Virus record (IMG/VR): IMGVR_UViG_3300011189_000013
Location: 1-53,991 of that record
Source of the DNA: a virus
Taxonomy: Duplodnaviria; Caudoviricetes
Direction: 5' to 3' (one strand)
Length of the DNA stretch: 53,991 bases
The position numbers and the translations under genes were made by a program. Shown here piece after piece: positions 37,626 through 46,780 of the stretch (positions within the stretch are counted from its first letter, which is position 1; every line of letters begins with the position of its first letter). The notes under the pieces are model-generated. The model made no database searches, was not told the origin of the DNA, and saw nothing but the letters and a program-made list of their open reading frames with translations.

Positions 37626-37848
37626 CCTTTGTAAGTTTTCGTCGTAAATAAACTTTAGCGCATTGGCGTAATAGGCCCCAACTGTCAGTGTCCCCAGACG
37701 CTAGCGCCACCCATGACCCTTCAGCCCGCTCATACAGGGCTCCAATCACTGTGAGATCAACCTCAGAAGGTTTGAACCCTTTATTGATCTTACGCAACAC
37801 CTGCAAGACACAAGTCTCCCAGAAGCGGTCTGAGACGTGCTTGGTCAT
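37603..37848 (-). CDS. Small hypothetical protein
   Basis: ATGA-coupled to terminase. Confidence 0.55.
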   Translation of the reverse strand: MTKHVSDRFWETCVLQVLRKINKGFKPSEVDLTVIGALYERAEGSWVALASGDTDSWGLLRQCAKVYLRRKLTKDEDHGDG

Positions 37849-39836
37849 CTTCTACTCCAGCCCGGAACAAGATCTATAGACCGTTTCCCTTGGTAATTAT
37901 GCTTCCTCTGTCTTCGTCTTTGATAAGATCGAGCTGAAATAGATTTATGTTGCGCGCCGTGAGCTTCCGCAATATCCCCAGTCTTTCCAGATCCGGCAAT
38001 ATAATTAGTGTTCCCTACCCGGTGAAGAGTAAGCCACACACTACGTACTAATGCGTCGGCAAAGTCATCGTATTTATTAGGACCGTTAGGGGCCTCGACT
38101 AGCACCACTTTTTTTGACTTCTTTTCAGCTCTCAATTCTAGTAACTGCTTGATATAGGGGGCGTGTTTAACTGCACCTTCACTAAGGACAGAGTTCTCCA
38201 GATCTCCCTCATCGTCGTCGTCTTCGACTTCCCTGATCGCATAATCGTATAGTAGTAGGCGACCATGATACATCAAAGTCTTGAAAGCATCAAACATCCT
38301 AGACGATTCATCTCGGGTAAATTGCTTAGACTCGATCTGTTTCAAGCCCATCTTATCTAGTGTTTGCTGAAAACTGATCCCTTGCCATTGGTCAAACACA
38401 CCATCTACAATATAAAACCGCTTTGAGAGAGCCTGTATCCACTCCGCTAAGGCATCAAAGTCCAACATGTCCGTATTATGCAATTCCTTTGCGTACGGAA
38501 TAATCGGCTCCTCCAGATGTGGATTTAGATCGTACCAACTCTTCCCGGCTTGCCACTCCTCATGATAAACCAGCCGAATTTTGTCGCCATCGGGTCGTGT
38601 AAGAGCCACAGAGGTACGGTCACCTTTAACCGCCAAGTCAAGCCCTAAACTATGTGGGACACGGGGCTTACCTTTAACGGAGGGACGTAGATCTGTATCC
38701 AAACAGACCATAAGGTCTTTTTCTCTCTCAATCCACGCCATTACCCGGTCAGTGAATTCAGCCCCGAACTCTGTAGCGAAAGCTACTGGATCTTTTCCGT
38801 GGTGATTCTCTAAGAATCCAATAGGCACTTGGGGGTTAACTTCCCACGTAGGAGCCTGTACCATTAGGATATCTCGTGAAGCCGCACCACCCACTTTTGA
38901 TTGCTCATACTTATCGTAAAACAATCCGTCTTTATTGAAAGGGGAGGAGATCATAATAATACGTCCCTCAGAATCCCGATGCAAAGTCTCTTGCGTTCCG
39001 TTAGGGTCTAGAGGGGCAAAGGTAGCCGTAGAGGGAGCGGCGGCTTGGTACACCGCATCTGCACTGGAAGCTCCCTTATCTTTGAAGAAAGCAACCTCAT
39101 CCAGAATGATTACGATATTAGACAGACCACGAATACCGCTGGAGACAGAGGAGAAAAACATTACCTGTACAGAATCTCGTCCACCGTCTTTTGCTGCCCC
39201 AGTCTGGTCAAGGTCTTGGGGTGTTTGGAACCGCACGTAGCTCTGTGTGTCCCGGCTGAGATAGGGAGTGAAGAAATCACAATTTTGGAAATTGTTTCGG
39301 GTAGCATTGTAGAGGATCTTGGATTGATCCTTAGTGGGAGCGACCATTGAAATGGTAATCTCAGCGCCGTCTTGAACCCCATAATACCGCTGGGGGTTGC
39401 CTTTCCTAAGAAGTCTGTAAATCTCATAGGAGGCAATCATAGACGAGATTAGAGATTTACCACTTCTACGTCCAATAGGTAGAATCAGTTCGTGCCTGTC
39501 GTGATCCTGCTCTTTGATATTACAACGCCCTTCGTTGTAGAGGTACTTCATGTACTCTACTTCGGTGAAGGTGTGGTAGTGCTCCGGCTTAGCACTCTGT
39601 GCATATCTCCATGACTTAGGCACCTTGATGTTGCGTACCTGATCATCAAGGGGGAGATTATAGAAGCATTTGAGAATGAATTTTTGGACGGGAAACAAAG
39701 ACATCCCACACAGCTCTTGGCTGAACCCAAGACCGAAAGGGGACTCTACATACTCAATAATGTTGAGCACTTTACCGGAACTGTATCCGTCAGAAGACTT
39801 GCGCCCTACTTGACGAAAGAGATCTGACATAGACAT
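37845..39836 (-). CDS. terL: Terminase large subunit
   Basis: Walker A GRRSGKS, IRG..IILDE Walker B, ISSP coupling motif, F..EFGAEF, nuclease LDLA..GD and DDFADA. Confidence 0.93.
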   Translation of the reverse strand: MSMSDLFRQVGRKSSDGYSSGKVLNIIEYVESPFGLGFSQELCGMSLFPVQKFILKCFYNLPLDDQVRNIKVPKSWRYAQSAKPEHYHTFTEVEYMKYLYNEGRCNIKEQDHDRHELILPIGRRSGKSLISSMIASYEIYRLLRKGNPQRYYGVQDGAEITISMVAPTKDQSKILYNATRNNFQNCDFFTPYLSRDTQSYVRFQTPQDLDQTGAAKDGGRDSVQVMFFSSVSSGIRGLSNIVIILDEVAFFKDKGASSADAVYQAAAPSTATFAPLDPNGTQETLHRDSEGRIIMISSPFNKDGLFYDKYEQSKVGGAASRDILMVQAPTWEVNPQVPIGFLENHHGKDPVAFATEFGAEFTDRVMAWIEREKDLMVCLDTDLRPSVKGKPRVPHSLGLDLAVKGDRTSVALTRPDGDKIRLVYHEEWQAGKSWYDLNPHLEEPIIPYAKELHNTDMLDFDALAEWIQALSKRFYIVDGVFDQWQGISFQQTLDKMGLKQIESKQFTRDESSRMFDAFKTLMYHGRLLLYDYAIREVEDDDDEGDLENSVLSEGAVKHAPYIKQLLELRAEKKSKKVVLVEAPNGPNKYDDFADALVRSVWLTLHRVGNTNYIAGSGKTGDIAEAHGAQHKSISARSYQRRRQRKHNYQGKRSIDLVPGWSRR

Positions 39837-39894
39837 CAGTGACTCCTAAATCATGTGAACCCCGATCATGGTAGTGTGATAGTCTGGTGGGTGA

Positions 39895-40449
39895 TTACAT
39901 CGAACTTTTGATATATTTGAGGGCCTCATCTTCCCAACCCTCAAATTCTTCTCCTGCAATTTGCATTAACTTTTGCGCTTGCTCTTCCGGCATACCCGAT
40001 TTATCACAGCACAGCCGAAATTTGCTCACAATGAACTCAAAAAGCTTTTGGAAATTCTTACTCTTTAGGTCAAAATTCTCATTGACAACCGCATCTCTCT
40101 TTCGAAAGTAGGTATCAATCAGTGCCTTGGTAGCGTTGATCTTCTTGGAGGATAGAGAAGCGGTATCCTTCCCCTTACGCTCAGCCTCACCCCGCTCAAA
40201 GTCCAAAGAAGCACTTTCTTTCGCAAGCTCCTGCATCGCAATGTCTAGAACATCCAGACTATCCGCATCCCCACGTACCTGTTTAAGAAGGGGGTGATTA
40301 TCTTGATGCTTTTTTTTATTCTTCATCAACTGAGCCACTTCTGGGCTCGTTGGCTTAATAGGGATCTTAGGAGGCCGCCCACGACCACGGCTCTTTTCCT
40401 TTTTCTCCAAAGTGATGACCTGCACCTGCAACTCTTTTGTATTACTCAT
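39895..40449 (-). CDS. Candidate terminase small subunit; AT-hook-like RGRP motif
   Basis: Directly upstream of terL; helical; KSRGRGRPPK; start likely ATG 40449. Confidence 0.45.
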   Translation of the reverse strand: MSNTKELQVQVITLEKKEKSRGRGRPPKIPIKPTSPEVAQLMKNKKKHQDNHPLLKQVRGDADSLDVLDIAMQELAKESASLDFERGEAERKGKDTASLSSKKINATKALIDTYFRKRDAVVNENFDLKSKNFQKLFEFIVSKFRLCCDKSGMPEEQAQKLMQIAGEEFEGWEDEALKYIKSSM

Positions 40450-40460
40450 ACCAACTCCAA

Positions 40461-43148
40461 TCACTCAAGAATTAGACCGCCACCAAAATTTATATCCATA
40501 GCGGGTTTACGCTTACCATGAAAATCAATCTCAGCAAGATCCCCATCCTGCGCTATAGGAGCCATGTCAAAATCTACCATTAGCTCATCTCCAGAAGCCG
40601 CAATGTCAGGTGACAGACTAATAGAGTCCAAAGCTACCTTTGTATTGGCAGTCTTTTGTTTACTGGAGCGGGCCTTTACCAGATTGCGGGCATATAGAAG
40701 GCAACGGTCAGTTTTGTCATAAACACAGCCACTGCATTTAGATGCTCGCACAATTTCCTTCACGGACGACCCTACTTTGCGAGTCCCCTCAGAGCAGTCG
40801 TCAAAACTATCTGCCGTAATATATGCCTCACCATAATGACCTTCCGATTCTCGGAAAGCTATAATAACGGGAGCATACTCTAGGAGTTGGGCGTAAGAGA
40901 ATTCGTCTTTCAGTTCCGATGCTAACTTTTGCCCACGGCTGCCTTCCAGTAAACGATCTCGAAGAAACCTTCCCATTTTGGTTCGTAGCATTTCTGCCGT
41001 GGGAGCCATAATTCCCGAAGGCTTATAATTCCCTGACAGGACGGCTGATAGAATCTCACGGGCATCTTCTTTGGCCGTATTAGACGCACGCAGGTTGGTG
41101 GCTACTTTACCTTCTCCGGACAGATACACCCTACGAAGGCGATCTAGTCCTATTTTAGCGGCTAGTACCCGCAGAAAGTCTTCTCCTACAGGAGAGGAGA
41201 ATACGCTACGTAAGCAAGTCATTGAGGTTGCTTCCGAAGCTCGTACGGAAGGTAGAGCCTTCTTTATCTTATCCGCAGGTTTTACCGAACCACTATATAC
41301 CGACTCGGTGTACTTATCAGGAAGAGCAAACACCTTTTTAGCAAATGCTCGTACCTCATCAGAACCAGAACCAGACAATGCGGAGATTACATCCCGGATC
41401 GTCTCATTACGGTCCGACCCTACATAACCCTTCACCGCCGCCACCTTTTGTGCAATCCTGAAATGGACTTCTGGATTGCTGAAAAACTGACCTTGGTTGT
41501 TAGGAGTCAATAGCGGTAGGTCTGACAGTTCAGGATTGGAGGCTGTTGCTGCCTCGATCTCTTTGGGAGAAGCTAAACTAGTTGAGACATACAAGCGACC
41601 TAGTAAGTGTAGGTGCTCTGCTAAATCAGAATCTTCGGCTACGAAAGAGGCTACCCGAGAACTGTGATCACCACGCAACATACGGGCTACCATCGATTTT
41701 CGGTACGCAACCTCAGAGGGGTTTTGTACTACCATTCTTTCGTGCTTATTGACCTCTTGTAACCTCTGGTCCGCCTCTTTGGAGGTAATACCTTTAGTCG
41801 GATCATAAATAACCTGTGCAGCGTACTGACGGGCCTTATGTGGGAGAGGATTTTTATAAACTCCCTGTGCGAAGCGTCGTACCTTGGTATCAGAGGTCTT
41901 CTGTAGACGAGCGAATAGCCGTTCGAACTGCTTTTTCTTCTTAGCAGTCATCTCATGCCCAAACTTGGACACAAAATAACGACTGACTACATGGGTCAAA
42001 GCTGTATCAGATCGGATATCAAATTGAGCCGCCTGTGCAAATCGGTTATCTAACTCCACCTCTTCAAACGGTATCCCTACTACAATTGGAGGAACAGTAC
42101 CAAGATCCGACATGAATTCCGAAGCTACCTTGTAGGTCGGAAAATAAGACAGGTCAAGATAGAGGTTGCCTAGTAGATAAGATTCGCTTTTGAGAGAAGC
42201 TAACACAGGGTCCATCTCTACCAGCTCTTGTACGTTAGGACCGTGGTTCCCCCGCATCATCTCCTGTGCAATTCGGCAAACTTTATGCTGTTTACGAACG
42301 TCAGCAACAATCTCTTGTTTGATATTCGACGAACGAAGTTTAGCTACCGCCTCCTCATAAGTAACGCCCGCCGTTGGGTCTGGCATTACCGGCTTACCAT
42401 CCAAGGGCTTCTGAGAGGGCTTAGGTGCCGCTAGAATCGCTTTCTGTAGACGAGCCTTTATGGGAAGGTTCGCAAAGGGTTGGAGGTCTTTACCTTCAAT
42501 CTGGAGTCTATCCTCGTACTCTTCCCAAAGGTCTTGGGTGTAATCGACTACATCGAAAACCAGCTCTTTTTGGAAAACAGAGCATCGACCCTCTAGATTA
42601 TGGATACAACCCGAACACTTATTCTTGGCGAGAACGTATTTGGCTTTTTTGGTATTAGCAGTCAATCCTTTGACTACCCCACCCTTGTAACAATCTTCCG
42701 ACAGGCTAGAGTCCACATATACGGAACCAAGAAGGCCCCGCTCCGTGAGTACATTCCGCACCGCCTCTTTTGAAATAGCAAGCACATCCGAATCGAAATT
42801 GCGCTTTAGGATCTTAATCAGATCCTTTCCCTTTACCCCCGCCTGTAGATGGCGCTTAGAGAATTTCTCAACAATCTCAATTGTAGCTGCTTTTTCCGAA
42901 GCATCTTTTGCCGTCAGGGGTTCAGCACTAAAAGAGGAAGTGTGTAGGTCTTGATTAACCGGGGACAGGTTATACTGATCTCCCTCAGAAAAATCTCCCC
43001 ACTGAGCTTCCAATTCTGGTATGGAGTTGTGCTCAGGTTCGGGCAAAGTATCAAGGGCTCTATATTCCTCTTCATCAACCTCCAGCCAATCTAAATCCGC
43101 CAGCGGCTTAGCGTTGATGATGTCCCCAATGTCTCCTAGATCTGACAT
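40461..43148 (-). CDS. Large repeat protein with two Cys-cluster domains (possible inner-head/core protein)
   Basis: DC..G...KCSGC.....RC twice; LLG.(V/L)Y repeats. Confidence 0.7.
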   Translation of the reverse strand: MSDLGDIGDIINAKPLADLDWLEVDEEEYRALDTLPEPEHNSIPELEAQWGDFSEGDQYNLSPVNQDLHTSSFSAEPLTAKDASEKAATIEIVEKFSKRHLQAGVKGKDLIKILKRNFDSDVLAISKEAVRNVLTERGLLGSVYVDSSLSEDCYKGGVVKGLTANTKKAKYVLAKNKCSGCIHNLEGRCSVFQKELVFDVVDYTQDLWEEYEDRLQIEGKDLQPFANLPIKARLQKAILAAPKPSQKPLDGKPVMPDPTAGVTYEEAVAKLRSSNIKQEIVADVRKQHKVCRIAQEMMRGNHGPNVQELVEMDPVLASLKSESYLLGNLYLDLSYFPTYKVASEFMSDLGTVPPIVVGIPFEEVELDNRFAQAAQFDIRSDTALTHVVSRYFVSKFGHEMTAKKKKQFERLFARLQKTSDTKVRRFAQGVYKNPLPHKARQYAAQVIYDPTKGITSKEADQRLQEVNKHERMVVQNPSEVAYRKSMVARMLRGDHSSRVASFVAEDSDLAEHLHLLGRLYVSTSLASPKEIEAATASNPELSDLPLLTPNNQGQFFSNPEVHFRIAQKVAAVKGYVGSDRNETIRDVISALSGSGSDEVRAFAKKVFALPDKYTESVYSGSVKPADKIKKALPSVRASEATSMTCLRSVFSSPVGEDFLRVLAAKIGLDRLRRVYLSGEGKVATNLRASNTAKEDAREILSAVLSGNYKPSGIMAPTAEMLRTKMGRFLRDRLLEGSRGQKLASELKDEFSYAQLLEYAPVIIAFRESEGHYGEAYITADSFDDCSEGTRKVGSSVKEIVRASKCSGCVYDKTDRCLLYARNLVKARSSKQKTANTKVALDSISLSPDIAASGDELMVDFDMAPIAQDGDLAEIDFHGKRKPAMDINFGGGLILE

Positions 43149-43290
43149 ATACGATCTCCAATTTGAGGACAGCCTTACTGTCCTAGTTCCAAAAGTCCAG
43201 ATTTCAATACTAAAATACTATCCAGATCTTCCAGACTTGCACACTACCTGAATTGCAAAACCCACTCCCAGTGGAGGAGGCCAGAATACT

Positions 43291-43860
43291 TTATTTACCT
43301 AAAGACTCATCCACATCTTTTTTGACTTTTTCTTCATACTCTTCATCAACAAAGCCTTCGGGATCCTCTGCAATATCCTCTGAGTCCGACATCATTTCTT
43401 CAATATCAGCTTCATCTCTTTCATCTGTACCAACTTCATCGGGATCCCAGTGCGGGGCACTTATCTCATCATTAATGGTGTCCTGAATGGCAGAAAGAGC
43501 ACTTATACACTCATTAAATCCCTCCCTCATATCCGAAATATCTTGGACGTAACCTTTACCTCCAAGTTTACCGTCCGGACTGATATTAGAAGATTTGATT
43601 TTGGTGAAAGTGCCGTAGGCAGACACTAAATGCCCCAGAGCACACGAAATAGACCAGAGCACTTTGGCTAAGGGCTTTTTCGCTTTCGGGTTGAATTTGT
43701 AATCGTCAGTGATATCCCGTGCTTCTTCGTCGGGGCCATAATCTTTGACGAAACGAACTTCACCCGCCGTGCGGAGCATACTACCCGTTTTTTGCCTCAT
43801 ATATTCTGAGGCGACTCTTTTTACCAGACGATGACGCCTGTCTGAAGACCATTCACTCAT
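43291..43860 (-). CDS. Hypothetical protein with LVKRVASEY leader and RTA site
   Basis: ORF; acidic C-terminus. Confidence 0.65.
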   Translation of the reverse strand: MSEWSSDRRHRLVKRVASEYMRQKTGSMLRTAGEVRFVKDYGPDEEARDITDDYKFNPKAKKPLAKVLWSISCALGHLVSAYGTFTKIKSSNISPDGKLGGKGYVQDISDMREGFNECISALSAIQDTINDEISAPHWDPDEVGTDERDEADIEEMMSDSEDIAEDPEGFVDEEYEEKVKKDVDESLGK

Positions 43861-43863
43861 ATC

Positions 43864-44172
43864 TCACACCTTTAAGGGATTGCCGTCTTCATCAAAAAGG
43901 CGCTCGATAACCCACTCACCAGCATCGGACTGAGTAAGCGACCACAGGTCTCTTTCCGATTTGCGAATTAATGTATCACTGGCCACACGAGTAAAGCCCG
44001 CTAGCTGATCTACGCTCGAAACACGCATTTTGCGCGGAGTATCCCCTGTATCAGAAGATACCAAATCACGCAGATCTTGGACAGGTTCTACGTCATCTGA
44101 GTCGGACAAAAAAGAGTCCATTCCAGAAGACTGCATAACCACCGACCCCATATCAAAATCTTTGTAACCCAT
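43864..44172 (-). CDS. Hypothetical protein
   Basis: ORF with AAGGA RBS. Confidence 0.65.
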   Translation of the reverse strand: MGYKDFDMGSVVMQSSGMDSFLSDSDDVEPVQDLRDLVSSDTGDTPRKMRVSSVDQLAGFTRVASDTLIRKSERDLWSLTQSDAGEWVIERLFDEDGNPLKV

Positions 44173-44182
44173 GACGATCCTT

Positions 44183-44428
44183 TTAGAGGCCCGAATAATC
44201 TAGGCCAGTATTTTTAGCTTTAGCTTGAATAGTATCTACTACCGTGTGGTCCGTTGAAATGAAGAGGACATAATCGAAGCCCCTCCTACACGATACCTTC
44301 TCACCGTGAGATTGCTGGACCTCAGTAGTGAACCGTGATAGGTGCTGTTCATTTGTGAAATAAACGGTGAGAGTGGACGATGCCTCTAGTACCTTATCGA
44401 GATACGAGGCCGCCACTTTCTTCGACAT
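44183..44428 (-). CDS. Small protein with KKVAASY leader
   Basis: Start likely ATG 44428. Confidence 0.5.
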   Translation of the reverse strand: MSKKVAASYLDKVLEASSTLTVYFTNEQHLSRFTTEVQQSHGEKVSCRRGFDYVLFISTDHTVVDTIQAKAKNTGLDYSGL

Positions 44429-44501
44429 GATCACTTTTCGCAGACAGCTTTTCATTGTGTAACACTGAGGTTATAGATGCATGATTCCTAAAACGGTAGT
44501 A

Positions 44502-44518
44502 TATAAACAGAATACTGA
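44502..44518 (-). promoter_or_regulatory. Putative late promoter at the start of the morphogenesis region
   Basis: Minus strand TCAGTATTCTGTTTATA. Confidence 0.5.
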
Positions 44519-44519
44519 A

Positions 44520-45311
44520 TCAAGAGATAGTGAAAGCGGGCCTATCCGACCATTTCGGCAACTTGATTTCCCGAAGAATGTTGAAATTGTACCGGATCTT
44601 CACAAAGGTCTTGTAATACTGAGAAAAAAGAAGTAACTCTTCATCTTGTAAATCTTCGGGGATTTCTTCGAGATCTCCTACAACCCCCTTCAATAAATTC
44701 TCTAGCTCCTCCGCCTCGATATCATCGGTGTCTCTAAGATCTTTATAGGAGGCTATCCCTTCCGAAATATTTAACACTTCCGAAAGCTCGCTATCGCTTT
44801 TCTGGACCCATGCATATATTTTATCTGATAAAATATCACCCATCCTAGCTAGATTGGCTATAAATCGGTGTCTTACCCGCCCCTGACTAATACTTAAAAT
44901 CTCTGCTACTTCGGACTGACACGTGGACTCGAACATTTCGGAAAAAATTCGGGCGTCCAGCTTCGTAGGCATCACAGGAAGAAGGTCTTCATAAAGCTCT
45001 TGCTTCGTGACTTCCGGTATCTCAATCAAAAATCGAATCCGGTCAAGAGCCCTTTTAAGCCGGTAAGAGACCGCCGCCTGAGTAATATTAAATATCTCCG
45101 CTATGTCGGTCTGCCGCTTGCTCTTGAAAAAATAGAGGCGAATCAAATCCGCCTCTCGATCTGGTAGACGATCTAAAACCTCTTTGATTTTCTCCAGATG
45201 AAGTTCTTTCCAATCATCATCCGGTCGGGGCAAAGGGGCAAAAGTGTCTTCTGTTGAAAATCTACTCGCCAGTTCCTGTGGATCTAGCGGCTGAATGTAA
45301 TATGCCGACAT
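44520..45311 (-). CDS. Sigma70 region-4-like tandem HTH transcription factor
   Basis: LDRLPDREADLIRLYFF..RQTDIAEIFNITQAAVSYRLKRAL plus a second HTH QSEVAEILSISQGRVRHR; ATG 45311 with CAGGAG RBS. Confidence 0.78.
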   Translation of the reverse strand: MSAYYIQPLDPQELASRFSTEDTFAPLPRPDDDWKELHLEKIKEVLDRLPDREADLIRLYFFKSKRQTDIAEIFNITQAAVSYRLKRALDRIRFLIEIPEVTKQELYEDLLPVMPTKLDARIFSEMFESTCQSEVAEILSISQGRVRHRFIANLARMGDILSDKIYAWVQKSDSELSEVLNISEGIASYKDLRDTDDIEAEELENLLKGVVGDLEEIPEDLQDEELLLFSQYYKTFVKIRYNFNILREIKLPKWSDRPAFTIS

Positions 45312-46248
45312 CGGTATCTCCTGTTTTGGCGAACCCAGTCTCAGCCGAAAACGAGAGTAAATCGGCACGGATGGATCCAAAATCTAACTGATCACAAAAT
45401 TGCTCAATGGTGTCTTTTTCGTGTGTACCCACAAGCTCTTCGTAATCGTCTACCGTGCGTAGCGTCATAACTTGGTGGTTAATATAAGCCTGTTCTTCAA
45501 ACTCGGTCATGGTCTTGCTTTGGAAATCGGTGAGCCTCACTTCACATTCTGTATAAATAGATTCCAGATCTCCATCATGCTCATTGACGATAGAAGCTAT
45601 CTTTTTCCGGGGGAACCTGTACATTCCCGGCATATTGTCACTTTTGTCCCCATCAAACGTTCGATAAGACAATAGCAGTCTTGGGGGGACGCCATACTCC
45701 TCTTGGACTTTAAACTCGTCATAAAACTTCTCTGGATGAGGGGTCATCATCACTGTGCCATCCCCTACTAGTTGCAATAAGTCACGATCACTACTGACGA
45801 TGATATTTTTATGATCAGAACCACTAAGATTTTCTCGAACAAGAGTGGCGATCATATCATCGGCTTCATAACCATCGGCCTTAACTTGGTGAATCCCCAT
45901 CACAGTTAACAGACCTTGCAACGCTTCTAATTGACTGTAAAGAGTACTACGAGGATCGTCTGAAGCATCCCCATCCGCCTCAGAAGGCTCCGAAGACTTT
46001 CGAGTGGCTTTGTACTCCGCATAGATGTTCTGACGTTCCTCATGACTTCTGAGGCCCTCCCACGCTACATAATAGGTTGCAGAAGGAAATCGATCTCTTA
46101 GTTTAACCATATGACGGACAAACCCATAGATGGTTCCTGTAGGGTCGCCAGCCTCGTTTTGCAACCCCTGTCGCTGGTCATAAATAAAAGCACAACGAAA
46201 GGCGATGTTCATTCCGTCCACGATCACATTGGTTTTCGTACTAGTCAT
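45262..46248 (-). CDS. 5'-3' exonuclease / flap endonuclease (Pol I N-terminal-like)
   Basis: IVDGMN..FR, YKATR, EADDMIA, SSDRDLLQL, GDKSDNMPG. Confidence 0.92.
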   Translation of the reverse strand: MTSTKTNVIVDGMNIAFRCAFIYDQRQGLQNEAGDPTGTIYGFVRHMVKLRDRFPSATYYVAWEGLRSHEERQNIYAEYKATRKSSEPSEADGDASDDPRSTLYSQLEALQGLLTVMGIHQVKADGYEADDMIATLVRENLSGSDHKNIIVSSDRDLLQLVGDGTVMMTPHPEKFYDEFKVQEEYGVPPRLLLSYRTFDGDKSDNMPGMYRFPRKKIASIVNEHDGDLESIYTECEVRLTDFQSKTMTEFEEQAYINHQVMTLRTVDDYEELVGTHEKDTIEQFCDQLDFGSIRADLLSFSAETGFAKTGDTDVGILHSAARSTGTGE

Positions 46249-46780
46249 TGTCGCTATCCTCGTCTATAAGTTCAAAAAATTGGAACGGAAGTTCCACGAT
46301 CACCTTCATACTTTTCAGATCCACTACGTGAATTGAAGCCCGTTTGTTCTCAGGAAAAACTTCTAGGATTTTCCCCTTCAACTCGGAGTAGGCCCCTTCA
46401 CACACCTGTACATAATCCCCCACCTTAATATCTCTTCGTGCCTGTTTTTTAAGCTTCGATTGAAGCTCATCAATGGTATTTTGCTCTACGTAATAGAGGT
46501 AGCGACGACCTGAGTCATCACGGGTCAAGACCCTCTGGACATATGCCAGCTCCTCTAAGGCAAAATAGGAAGATGGAGGCAAAGCGGCCTCTATGAAAAA
46601 ATAGCCCTCCATCAAGCATATTGTTAGAACACTGTCCCTGCGGGAGAAAGTGATAGAAGGGATGAAAATTTCCACACCCTCCCCGACTTCCTCTTGCATC
46701 AGGGTAAGAAGCTCTTTATGAGTCTTCTTTTCGCCGTGATGGCTGAGTTCTAGTACTACCCACTTCTTAGGATCACTCAT
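46241..46780 (-). CDS. nusG: NusG-family transcription elongation/antitermination factor
   Basis: NGN (WVVLEL..IFIP..LMEGYFFIEA) and KOW (IKVGDYVQVCEGAYSELKGKI) domains. Confidence 0.85.
   Translation of the reverse strand: MSDPKKWVVLELSHHGEKKTHKELLTLMQEEVGEGVEIFIPSITFSRRDSVLTICLMEGYFFIEAALPPSSYFALEELAYVQRVLTRDDSGRRYLYYVEQNTIDELQSKLKKQARRDIKVGDYVQVCEGAYSELKGKILEVFPENKRASIHVVDLKSMKVIVELPFQFFELIDEDSDND

Noticed and set aside
37845-39836. Intein or intron in terminase, portal or DnaX
   Set aside because: No C/S...HN splice motifs, LAGLIDADG/HNH inserts or interrupted frames; sizes are ordinary
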